Positions 19,961 through 28,830 of a stretch of 64,000 bases of DNA are shown piece by piece. The position numbers and the translations under genes are program-made. How positions within the stretch are numbered: the first letter of the stretch is position 1; every line of letters starts with the position of its first letter. This DNA comes from Nannocystales bacterium (lineage in GTDB: Bacteria > Myxococcota_A > Polyangia > Nannocystales > Nannocystaceae): NCBI GenBank assembly GCA_050633305.1, contig JBOEGF010000002.1, positions 249,624 to 313,623 of the forward strand, written 5' to 3'. Below the pieces are notes generated by a model. The model did not search any database and was not told the DNA's origin. It worked only from the letters and a program-made list of their open reading frames with translations.

Positions 19961-20955
19961 GCGGGGGGTACGAAGGCATCACAGGCGAGAGAGATTCGCC
20001 CCACCGCCTCGGCAAACAACGGGCTGTAGTCGGGCTCGGCGACGTCCCCCACCAGGCCATTGTCTTGAAACATCTCTGTGAACTCGGCCAAGCGGCGGCC
20101 ATCGACCTCCTTGTTTTGAGCCGAGTCGGACTGCTCGATGACGGAGACCACCACGACGTTTTGCCAGTAGGTCTTGGCTCCGACGATCAGGTCGAACCAA
20201 TCTTGGGGAGACCCTCCGGGGGGCCCGAATGTACCGCAGTCGGTCAGGAGCACCACGACCAGCAGTGCATCCTCGCGTAGGAACCCCTCGTTGCACTCGC
20301 CCGCGCCATCGAGGTCGCCCGTGATGACGCGAGTCATGGCGAACACAGGAGCCTCATTCGGGTCTCCATCCGTCCCTACACTCGCCGCGCACGAGAAGGC
20401 CGTCGAGAGGTCATCCAACTCCGTCATGAAGTTGTGGCCCTCGGCATAGGGGCCGCACAGTGCATCGCTGGAGTTCGCACCACCGGTCCGAGTGACCAAC
20501 CCGCCGACTTCGCGGCAACGCTGCTCATCCAGGTTGAACTCGTATGCGTCCGTCGTCACCACCCCGAGGTGGTAGCTCGTGACCTCCTCGAGTGTGGACT
20601 CGACGGTTTCGATGAACCCGGGGAAGCTCGCCCGCAGGCTCTCCTGGTGCCCACGCATGCTGTCCGAGTTGTCCACCACGAACAGGAAGTCCACCTTCTC
20701 GCACCCCATGGGAACGTAGCCATCGGGGTCGATGTGCGGCAGGTCGAGCCGGGTGCCCTCGGGTCCGGATGTAGACCCGAACGCACCGCTGTCGTCTTCG
20801 TCCGGTGCACCACCGCTCGACTCCTGTGCTGCTGCAGCCGTCGTGGGCTGCATGGCAACGACATCTTGCCTGGGGGTTTCAGAACAACCGCTCCCCATAC
20901 TGAGCAAGACCAGCCCCGACAGCGGAGTGAACGCGCCTACCCACGGCCGCGTCAT
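19957..20955 (-). CDS. vWA-like myxobacterial lipoprotein (paralog 2)
   Basis: GSGC lipobox; CEKVDFLFVVDNSDSM; CNEGFLREDALLVVVLLTD; ATGA overlaps at both ends. Confidence 0.88.
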   Translation of the reverse strand: MTRPWVGAFTPLSGLVLLSMGSGCSETPRQDVVAMQPTTAAAAQESSGGAPDEDDSGAFGSTSGPEGTRLDLPHIDPDGYVPMGCEKVDFLFVVDNSDSMRGHQESLRASFPGFIETVESTLEEVTSYHLGVVTTDAYEFNLDEQRCREVGGLVTRTGGANSSDALCGPYAEGHNFMTELDDLSTAFSCAASVGTDGDPNEAPVFAMTRVITGDLDGAGECNEGFLREDALLVVVLLTDCGTFGPPGGSPQDWFDLIVGAKTYWQNVVVVSVIEQSDSAQNKEVDGRRLAEFTEMFQDNGLVGDVAEPDYSPLFAEAVGRISLACDAFVPPA

Positions 20956-21917
20956 GGCGTGCACTCCGTCGGCTGGAGATCGAGGTCGCGGGCAACGTCC
21001 GGGTCGATCCCCTCGGCGTACAGTACGATCCTGTCGATCGTGTGCCCTTGGAGACGGGGCGCCAACGTGAGCACGTAGTTCCCTGGCTCGGGAATGTCGA
21101 TCGCGAGTTCGTTGCTCAAGCTGAAGTTGGACAAGACACTCGCGGTCCAACTCCACGAGAGGTCGCCCGCATCGCGGTTGAAGGGATCGAGCCATCGCTG
21201 GTGGGACCAACCACCGACGCACTGCACCGAGTCGACGCCCGGCAGCCCCGCGACTTCGGCCAAGACGTCGAGGTCGTAGCAGGTCGGCCGTGCGTACAAG
21301 CGGACATTGTTGTCAAAGGCGGTATCCATCGCGTAGAGCCCCAAGCCCGCGTCGAACCGGACCCAGGTGCTGTTCCGCGTGAAGCTCTTGCCCTCGAAGG
21401 CCGACCTCCAGTCGAAATGGTACTGCCCCGCCTCGGCAAACCCGATCGAGACTTGAATAGGGGATCGCGTGGCGTCCTGCAGCAGGCTCTCGCCGGTCCA
21501 CACCAGAGCACCATCGCCCGTGGCTCCGGCGATGACCACGTCGGTCTCCCAGGGAGACTCGAAGTCCAAGGCCTCCGCTTCGATGACGACGATGCCGTCT
21601 CGGGTCTCGTAGTCGCACGTGCTCGGCATCTCGAACCCGCCGCCCGAGCTTCCTTCATCGCCGGAGGATTCCTCCGAAGCGCCGACGGTTCCCGACGAGG
21701 AGGTCCCTTCCTCCTCCGTGGCACCGCTGGTCGTCGACACTCCGGTGTCGGAGCTCGAGGCCCCGGACCCGGACCCGGACGTGGTCGTGCCAGCCTCCCC
21801 TCCGCTGGACTCGGCGGACCCGCTGGGGCCTTCGGCGACGTCGTGCGCCTCGGGGCTGCACGCAACAACGAGGGCGACCGCAGCCCCCGAGAAACAGATC
21901 GTTTTCAGAGTCTTCAT
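20952..21917 (-). CDS. Lipoprotein with putative carbohydrate-binding beta-sandwich
   Basis: LVVAC lipobox; S/T/G linker; DGIVVIEAE...G.Y...R..GHTIDRIVL. Confidence 0.75.
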   Translation of the reverse strand: MKTLKTICFSGAAVALVVACSPEAHDVAEGPSGSAESSGGEAGTTTSGSGSGASSSDTGVSTTSGATEEEGTSSSGTVGASEESSGDEGSSGGGFEMPSTCDYETRDGIVVIEAEALDFESPWETDVVIAGATGDGALVWTGESLLQDATRSPIQVSIGFAEAGQYHFDWRSAFEGKSFTRNSTWVRFDAGLGLYAMDTAFDNNVRLYARPTCYDLDVLAEVAGLPGVDSVQCVGGWSHQRWLDPFNRDAGDLSWSWTASVLSNFSLSNELAIDIPEPGNYVLTLAPRLQGHTIDRIVLYAEGIDPDVARDLDLQPTECTP

Positions 21918-21935
21918 GGCTCTACTCACTCCTGT

Positions 21936-23024
21936 TCAGCCCTCGGGGACAAAGTCCATGCAGGCTGCCTCGATGCTGTCGATCGCGTCCCCCAACACTG
22001 CGGAAAAATCGGGTTCACAGATGTCGCCGACCACCCCATGGGTGAAGGCTCGGGTGAACGCGATGATCCGGTCCGCCGGCGAGAAGAACTCCGGGTCCTT
22101 GGGGTCGAGCAATCCATCGCAAGCGTTGGGCGGCACGGTTGGCACGACCGAGACCACGGCGACATGTTCTTCGCGTCCTTTGCGGTCGACGACATCCTGC
22201 ACCCACTCGACCGGCCCGCCCATCGAACCCGAGTTGGTCATCCCCTGGCTGATGTTGAAGTCGTCGATGTCGGTGATCAGCACGATCACCAACAACGCGT
22301 CGTCTCGGATGAAACCGTCGTTGCATGCACCTGCGGCGTTCAACGCGGGTGCAATGGCGTTGCGTGCGGAGTCGATTGGGCGCTGCCATGTGCTCCCGCT
22401 CGTGCCCAGAAGGAGCGCACAAGACAACGCTTCGGTGAGGTCGTCGTCCTCGGTCATGTAGCGGCCCCCGCTGACAAACGGTCCGCAGTCGGTGTTGGAT
22501 GAGTTGGCGCCGCCCGGCGCAGTCACCAGTGCGCCCAACGTGTCGCACTCTGGCGGGTCGGGGCTCTCGACATTGAACGCCCCGGTCGACACCACTCCGA
22601 CGTGCAGACTCGAGATCTCGTCGAGGTCGGTGCGCAGCGTGTCGACGAAGCCCGGAATGCTGCCGACGAGCGTGGATTGACTCGAAGCCATGCTGGGCGA
22701 GTCGTCGACCACGAACAAGATGTCGGCCTTGCTGCATCCGATTCCCGCGTCGGGGTCGGCGGTGTCCGGCGGCTGCCCGCCCCCCACGTCCAACAGCACG
22801 CGCCCCTCTCCCGTCTCCGACGTATCAACCTGAGCGGTCGAGGATGCCTCCCCCGACGACACCACCCCAGTCGTGACCTCGGACTCCTCTCCCTCCCCCT
22901 CGGTATCCGCAGCTCCGAACGAGCCAGAGCCCAGCGAGCCGGAACCCGTGCACCCCGCACACAGCCCCACGGCGGCCAGCGTGTACGACAACCGGAGACA
23001 GCGGCTCGAGCGTAGCGGGTCCAT
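21936..23024 (-). CDS. vWA-like myxobacterial lipoprotein (paralog 1)
   Basis: CAGC lipobox; CSKADILFVVDDSPSM; CNDGFIRDDALLVIVLITD. Confidence 0.88.
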   Translation of the reverse strand: MDPLRSSRCLRLSYTLAAVGLCAGCTGSGSLGSGSFGAADTEGEGEESEVTTGVVSSGEASSTAQVDTSETGEGRVLLDVGGGQPPDTADPDAGIGCSKADILFVVDDSPSMASSQSTLVGSIPGFVDTLRTDLDEISSLHVGVVSTGAFNVESPDPPECDTLGALVTAPGGANSSNTDCGPFVSGGRYMTEDDDLTEALSCALLLGTSGSTWQRPIDSARNAIAPALNAAGACNDGFIRDDALLVIVLITDIDDFNISQGMTNSGSMGGPVEWVQDVVDRKGREEHVAVVSVVPTVPPNACDGLLDPKDPEFFSPADRIIAFTRAFTHGVVGDICEPDFSAVLGDAIDSIEAACMDFVPEG

Positions 23025-23036
23025 CTGCCCGAGCCA

Positions 23037-23062
23037 TGTCCACGTCGAACAGAACTCAGTAA
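23037..23062 (-). promoter_or_regulatory. Putative ECF promoter TTACTGAGT-N11-TGGACA for the vWA lipoprotein operon
   Basis: Same two boxes and spacer length as 24064-24089, upstream of the ECF sigma gene. Confidence 0.7.
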
Positions 23063-23095
23063 GAAAAGTGGAGCTCGGGCGACAGACCACTGCCC

Positions 23096-24070
23096 ATGCT
23101 CCGCGCACTCCCGCTGGTCGTCGCTCTGCTCGCACCCAGCGAAGACAGTGACTCGATGATCATCCGCTGGACCGCGCCTGCGCACTGTCCGACCGAAGCC
23201 GACGTGCGCCAAGCGCTCACTGCCGAGGGGCACCACCGCGGCGACTCGAAGATTCGAATCACGGCCGAGATCGAGAATCTGGCCCCCGGTGCGCCAGCAC
23301 GACTCTCCATCGAGGTGGTCGCGGGCGACACTCGGATTCAACGGACGGTGAGGGGTGAGGGGTGTGCGCAGCTGGGTGCCACCGCCGCACTCATCATCGG
23401 GATCGCATTGGACCTGCTCCCTGCAGCGCCGCGCATAGTCGAACCGCCACCGGCACCCGGCCCGGCCGACCCCCCGCCCCGTCGACCGCAGACGCCCGCT
23501 CAGCAGACGCCCGCTGCGCAACCGCCCGCAACCCCGTGGGTGCTGGACATGCGAGTCGGGGCAGGGCTGCAGTCGGGCCCGCTACCGACCGGCCCCGTCG
23601 TCACGGTCGCCCTCGGAGTACAACGCAGACGACTCCGCGCCAGCGTGGCGGGGCACTACGCACCACCCCGTCCCGTCGTCGCCTTCCCCGAAGAAGACGC
23701 GGGTGCCCTCGTGCAGGGCGGCGGCGTACAAGCGCGAGGCTGCGCCGTGCTGGCGGTCGGAGCTTGGGCATTTCCATCCTGTGTGGGCGCCGAAGTCGGG
23801 ATCGCCCGGGCAGCCGGAGTGAACTTCGTCCGTACCCAAGCCGCGCATCGGGCATGGGCAGCCGTGGTGTTCGGGCCGGAGGTCGTCTGGGCCCTCCACC
23901 CCGTTGTCGGGGCGTTCGCCGGACTGGACGGGGTGGTGAGCATGTTACGGCCCTCCTTCTCCGCCGACGGCTTGGGCGTCGTTCATCGAGGACAGACGTT
24001 GGGCCTTCGTGTGCAGCTGGGGCTCGTGCTGCGCCCAGGAGCTGTGAAAAGGGAGAAGAAAAATTACTGA
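23096..24070 (+). CDS. Secreted/outer-membrane beta-rich protein of the ECF locus
   Basis: Signal peptide, WxAPxxCP motif, Pro-rich linker, alternating beta-strand C-terminus. Confidence 0.75.
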   Translation: MLRALPLVVALLAPSEDSDSMIIRWTAPAHCPTEADVRQALTAEGHHRGDSKIRITAEIENLAPGAPARLSIEVVAGDTRIQRTVRGEGCAQLGATAALIIGIALDLLPAAPRIVEPPPAPGPADPPPRRPQTPAQQTPAAQPPATPWVLDMRVGAGLQSGPLPTGPVVTVALGVQRRRLRASVAGHYAPPRPVVAFPEEDAGALVQGGGVQARGCAVLAVGAWAFPSCVGAEVGIARAAGVNFVRTQAAHRAWAAVVFGPEVVWALHPVVGAFAGLDGVVSMLRPSFSADGLGVVHRGQTLGLRVQLGLVLRPGAVKREKKNY

Positions 24071-24089
24071 GTCCGCCGCCGCTTGGACA
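24064..24089 (+). promoter_or_regulatory. Putative autoregulatory ECF promoter TTACTGAGT-N11-TGGACA
   Basis: Lies 15 nt before the sigma GTG start; matches 23037-23062 on the minus strand. Confidence 0.7.
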
Positions 24090-24104
24090 CCGCCCGTTCG
24101 AGAG

Positions 24105-24665
24105 GTGAACGCAGAGGCGATTCAAGAGCCGGCGCCACGCCGGGACGAACAGGCGTTCGAAGCCTTGTTCCAGCAATACTATCGCTGGGCCGTCCGAAAC
24201 GTGTGCGCTCTGGGCATTGCCAGAGGTGACGCCGAGGACGTGGCTCAAGAAGTCTTCGTCGTCGCGTACCGCCGCTGGGCGGAGCTTCCACTGGACGCCC
24301 ATGAGCCCGGGTGGCTGTTCGGCGTCGTGCGCCGCGTGTGCGCAAACCACCGACGCGCCCGGCAGCGAGCCGGAGAACGCCTCAAGTATGCCGATGGACC
24401 CGCCGAAGCCATGGACCCCGATGCAGCCTTGGACCAACGCGCCGCAGCGATGTTGCTGCAGACCTTTCTCGAGCAGCTTCCCGAGCCCCAACGACTCGCG
24501 TTCGTCCTCTACGACATCAATGGGATGAAAGCGCCACAGGCCGGCACAGTTCTGGGCATATCCGCCAACACCGTGCACTCCCGCGTTCGGCAAGCGAGGG
24601 ACAAACTCGACCGGCTCATCGCCAACCACAAGGCGCGCCAGAAACGAGGACTGCGCAATGGATGA
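24105..24665 (+). CDS. ECF RNA polymerase sigma-70 factor
   Basis: Region 2 DAEDVAQEVF..WLFGVVRRV; region 4 LPEPQRLAFVL..LGISANTVHSRV. Confidence 0.93.
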   Translation: MNAEAIQEPAPRRDEQAFEALFQQYYRWAVRNVCALGIARGDAEDVAQEVFVVAYRRWAELPLDAHEPGWLFGVVRRVCANHRRARQRAGERLKYADGPAEAMDPDAALDQRAAAMLLQTFLEQLPEPQRLAFVLYDINGMKAPQAGTVLGISANTVHSRVRQARDKLDRLIANHKARQKRGLRNG

Positions 24666-25458
24666 CCCCAAGTCGGCTCTGCAGTTGTACGTCGACGCGT
24701 TCAACGACGATTGCGAGATCACCGATGCCGCCGTCGAATCCGCATGGCAACAGGTCCGTGCGGACACGATCGCCTCGGCAACGGTCGGCACCACGGCACC
24801 CGCAGCCGCCCGCACATCGGCCCGAGTGCTGGCGGTGCTCACCGGAGGGGCGGTCCTCGCAGCGCTTGCGCTGCCCTTCCTCCTCTCGCGTGAGCGGCCA
24901 CCGGCTCAGGCGGTCGCCTCGGTCCAGCATCGACTGCCCCGAACCGTGGCGAGCGAGCCGCCCGTGCCCCCTGAGGCACCGATGCTCCCGGCGACGATTC
25001 AGCCTCAGGCTCCGAAGGCTCAGGCTCCGAAGAACACCACCGATTCGGTCCCTCGGGCAGACGAAGCGCCGGGCAGCCCCCCGCCCCGACGGCCGCGCCG
25101 AAAGACGAAGACTCGCCCGACCCCAACACCTCCGGACCCGCTCGACCACGCGAGCGCGGACCCACGCGACGACCTGATCGAGGAGCTGAGGATCATCCGT
25201 CGGGCCCGTGCAGAACTCCGGTCGAATCGAGGCGAAGCAACCCTGCGTGCGCTCGCCGAGCATGCCCAGCGATTTCCGCACGGGGCGCTCACGCAGGAGC
25301 GCTGGGCGACCGAGATACAGGCGCTATGCAAGCTCGACAGGGACCGGCAAGCGAGCCGCGCAGCGCAACGGTACTCCGCGACATACACCCGGGACCAAAA
25401 TGCGAGGCGCCTCCTGTCCGAATGCAGCGACCCTCCGCGGACACGACACGAGCCGTAG
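24658..25458 (+). CDS. Putative membrane anti-sigma factor with C-terminal TPR-like domain
   Basis: Overlaps the sigma stop; one TM helix; Pro-rich linker; EELRIIRRAR..HAQRFPHGAL.QER..ALC. Confidence 0.75.
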   Translation: MDDPKSALQLYVDAFNDDCEITDAAVESAWQQVRADTIASATVGTTAPAAARTSARVLAVLTGGAVLAALALPFLLSRERPPAQAVASVQHRLPRTVASEPPVPPEAPMLPATIQPQAPKAQAPKNTTDSVPRADEAPGSPPPRRPRRKTKTRPTPTPPDPLDHASADPRDDLIEELRIIRRARAELRSNRGEATLRALAEHAQRFPHGALTQERWATEIQALCKLDRDRQASRAAQRYSATYTRDQNARRLLSECSDPPRTRHEP

Positions 25459-25550
25459 CGCGGCGCATAACACAGCGCGGACTTTGCCCGGGAGCGCCCA
25501 CTGGTCTGGCCCGGCCCTGTCGGTCGAGCCTCGCCCCCTCCCCCACCGCT

Positions 25551-28160
25551 CTATTCGATATCGTCGAGGTTCTCCCACGACTCGCGGTCGAGGTCCTCCC
25601 AGTAGTCCGCCCGGTAGACCAATCGACGCGGCTGGCCATCGGCGCCGTTGGGTACCGAGAGCCCCTGGAAGCGCATCCACGCGCACCTGCCATGCAGCTG
25701 CGAGATTTCGCCAGGGCGAATGTGGATACGTTTTTGCGGGTCATAGCTCGTATCGCTTCTCACCGTCGTGGCGGACCCGCCGCCAGGGTTGATGCACTGG
25801 CCACCGACAGGGTTGGTGGTGACGACACGAAAGATGATGTCGGCGGCGAAGTTCGACCCATTGTTGGCGTTGAGGAAGGGCTCGTCCCAGGCGATGGCCC
25901 CGGTCCACGCATCCACATCGCTGCTGATCGGGGCGCCTCCGATCGGGATGTCGGTCACGTCGCCATGGTGGACGTACAGCGCCCCTGTCCCCCACGCCCC
26001 GGGGCCGTCCAGCCCTGCGTTGTTGAACAAGCGCATCTTGAGCCGACCCGCGCCCCACAAACGATTCATTCCGCTGAGCGATAGGCCGGTGGGTGCGCCC
26101 GGGTTCTGGTTGAGCCCAAAACCAGCGCCGCTCCCGTCGCCCATCAACAGCATGTTGACGTGCATGAACCCCGGGTCGGAGAACACCCCGAAGCTGTTGG
26201 TGTTCGCCCAATCCTTGAGCGACACGGCTGCCGAGGCGGCATGTGGAGCGGCCTGAGACGTACCGCAGCACTGCGTAGTGTAGGTCTGCGTCAGTGCGTT
26301 CAACGGCCCGTTCATCTGGGCACCAAGTGCCCGACCCGAGGGCGTCACCACGTCGACCACGCCTCGGCCGGGGTTGACCTGGACGGACGAGAATCGGAGG
26401 TTCGCCCCTCCGATTGACGAGTTCCAGCAGGTGGCTCCGTTCCCGCCGCAGTTGGGGTTGGCCGCCAGGTTGGTGAACTGCTGCCCCATGATCGCCTCGG
26501 TGTCATAGTTCCAGCCCGCGATGGGGGTCGCGGCTGTGTTGTCGCCCATGCCCCCAACAACCAAGAGATCAACACGGGTCGCCCATCCATTGGCGCTGCA
26601 GTTGTCGTTGGTGCGGTTGACGGCGTTGCCCGCTGAAATCACACCAAACGTGCCGTGCGAGTAGGCGAAGTCCCATGCGTCCCGCCACGCTGCCGCACCG
26701 TCGACGTTGGCGCAGCTCCCACCCGACCAGCTGATCTCCGCAATGTCCACGCCATTGTCGACGTTGGGGTCCGTCGCTTCGATGAGCCCAGGTTCTCCTC
26801 CACCCGCAAACCACCGATAGAGCTCGAGCTCGGCTTCGTAGGCGCCATGACTTCGCTCCTCGCGAGCCTGCGCGGAGACGACGGTTGGGTCCTGGCCCTG
26901 CTTGAGATGCGAGAAGGCCCCCACCATGGAGATCGCGCCGTGTTTGTTGCCATCCGTCCCGCTCACGGTGTCGTTGACGCATACACCTGACCCGAAACAC
27001 GCTCTGACCCGGTCGATGCGGGTTGGCCCATTTGCCCAGTCGTCGAAGGCGGGATGGTTCCACGCGCGGTAGAAGCCCTCGCCGTCGAGCAAGGCCACCT
27101 CGACCACGGACCGACCGCTGCCAGGTGTTGCCGTGTCCCCCTGAAACGCCGCGTCGTCGGTAAAGCGGGCCAACTGGGCGCCCGTGTCGGCGCGGAGATC
27201 GTCGCCGCGCATATCCGTAGGTTGGCCGACCTCGATGATGTCGATGTCTTCCACAAAGTCGGCATCGCGAGCCAACAGACGAAGACCCTCAGGTGAGCAC
27301 GCAAGGTACCCCGCGTGGTTGGCCTTGGTCCCGTAGAGAAACTCGCAGTGTCCCAGCGCCTCTAGGCGGGGTCGCGTTCGTGCGAGCCGCTCTCGGATCT
27401 CGACCTGCCGTTCGCGCTCAGCCGCCTTCATCGCGGAGCCGCGGTCCTCCTGCTCGGCCAACCAGGCGACGCGCATCGGCGCATCGGCTCGGACCTGAGG
27501 GGTGAAGGTTGCGTAGACCAACAATCGATCATCATCCACCCGGACCGGGGCATGCGTTTGCTCGAGCTCCGTCTTCGCGGCCAGGACCCGTTCTTGACCG
27601 GAGGGTCGGCGAGGCTCCTTGGGGGAGTCGACCACCGGGCTGCGACCCCGATACATCAGACTCTCCCGCACTGTGATGTCGCCAGCCTCCGAGGTTTTCG
27701 ACACGCGCAAGTCAAATGCGAGGTCGAGCCCTGTCTGCTCGACAAGCGCGGCCAAGGGCATCCGCATGGGATCGATCGTCGCATCGGCCAACAAGGGGCT
27801 CTCGGCCTGGCTGTCGACGCGCTCGTGTTCGGCGTCCTTGGCACGCGCACGTACAAACAACGGGGTATGCCCAGCCCAGGTTGTCTCGAGTCGCTCGCGT
27901 GTGGCCTGATCGATGTCCTCGCGTGGTGCCGCGAGTTCCGGCTCCGGCGCTCGGTACGGGGGGGACCACGCTTCGGGGTCAAGACCATGTTCCTCCAGTC
28001 GTTCCGCGAGCTCGGGGCCAAGCTCGGCTTGGGCGCGTTCGGAATACTCCTCGCTCGATGCGACAGCGGAGTCGTCTTCCGGCTCGAGAGCACAAGCGCT
28101 CATCGCTGCGAGGATGCCCAGGGGCCACAGTGGGGGTGCGTAGGGTCTTGGAGTTCTCAT
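25551..28160 (-). CDS. S8 (subtilase) serine peptidase, lipoprotein
   Basis: MSAC lipobox; VALLDG (Asp), NKHG (His), SAGN (oxyanion Asn), GTSQAAPHAA (Ser); long prodomain. Confidence 0.88.
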   Translation of the reverse strand: MRTPRPYAPPLWPLGILAAMSACALEPEDDSAVASSEEYSERAQAELGPELAERLEEHGLDPEAWSPPYRAPEPELAAPREDIDQATRERLETTWAGHTPLFVRARAKDAEHERVDSQAESPLLADATIDPMRMPLAALVEQTGLDLAFDLRVSKTSEAGDITVRESLMYRGRSPVVDSPKEPRRPSGQERVLAAKTELEQTHAPVRVDDDRLLVYATFTPQVRADAPMRVAWLAEQEDRGSAMKAAERERQVEIRERLARTRPRLEALGHCEFLYGTKANHAGYLACSPEGLRLLARDADFVEDIDIIEVGQPTDMRGDDLRADTGAQLARFTDDAAFQGDTATPGSGRSVVEVALLDGEGFYRAWNHPAFDDWANGPTRIDRVRACFGSGVCVNDTVSGTDGNKHGAISMVGAFSHLKQGQDPTVVSAQAREERSHGAYEAELELYRWFAGGGEPGLIEATDPNVDNGVDIAEISWSGGSCANVDGAAAWRDAWDFAYSHGTFGVISAGNAVNRTNDNCSANGWATRVDLLVVGGMGDNTAATPIAGWNYDTEAIMGQQFTNLAANPNCGGNGATCWNSSIGGANLRFSSVQVNPGRGVVDVVTPSGRALGAQMNGPLNALTQTYTTQCCGTSQAAPHAASAAVSLKDWANTNSFGVFSDPGFMHVNMLLMGDGSGAGFGLNQNPGAPTGLSLSGMNRLWGAGRLKMRLFNNAGLDGPGAWGTGALYVHHGDVTDIPIGGAPISSDVDAWTGAIAWDEPFLNANNGSNFAADIIFRVVTTNPVGGQCINPGGGSATTVRSDTSYDPQKRIHIRPGEISQLHGRCAWMRFQGLSVPNGADGQPRRLVYRADYWEDLDRESWENLDDIE

Positions 28161-28180
28161 GGCTTTGCTCTGTCGCCGAC

Positions 28181-28198
28181 CACGACGACGTCGTCGTG
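28181..28198. promoter_or_regulatory. Perfect 18-bp palindrome upstream of the S8 gene
   Basis: CACGACGACGTCGTCGTG, about 20 nt before the start codon. Confidence 0.4.
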
Positions 28199-28466
28199 TT
28201 CACCAACGGAACCCAAGCCCCAAACACCTCACCTTGCTCGGGCGAATCTTCGCAGCCGCCCATCCTCCGCGACTTCCCCACGATCATCAGGACACGCCGG
28301 CCGCCTGGTCGGGATGGCCGGGACCTTTTCCTGAGACCCGTCCTTGGGCCACCTTCTAGGCCAACGGGGCGTGCTCCCGGCGGCACTGAGCTGCGTACGA
28401 CTCGGGCCGTAAACTCGGCCCGGCCCACAAGCTCGGTCCTCCGGGTCGTCCCAACAATGCGAATCC

Positions 28467-28634
28467 CTACGGCGAATCGTAGATGGAGCCTATCCGTTCG
28501 ATTCGCGAGATTCCTGAGCCCCCGACCACGGCCTCGAGCGCGGCTTCGTCGAGCTGCTGGAGCTCCGACTCGGAGCGTTCTCGCTTTTCCGAAGGAGGCT
28601 GCGGTGCGTGCGAGCGAGTCTGATCGCGAGTCAT
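28467..28634 (-). CDS. 55-aa double-glycine leader precursor peptide
   Basis: MTRDQ...ELQQLDEAALEAVVGG|SGISRIERIGSIYDSP. Confidence 0.6.
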   Translation of the reverse strand: MTRDQTRSHAPQPPSEKRERSESELQQLDEAALEAVVGGSGISRIERIGSIYDSP

Positions 28635-28830
28635 CGTACGATGATCGACGCACCCAGTGCCAGTGTCAATTACCCTGGACGGAGGGAGTCTTCTGGTGAC
28701 AAACCCCCTCGCGGGAAGACGTGCAGCTGCTGTCATGCCCCCTGCGGTCATACATGCGAGGCTTCTCAATTCGCGGGGGCGACGGCGCCCAGTCCCGTCG
28801 GCAACCACTTCCTCGCAACCGGAGCGCCGG

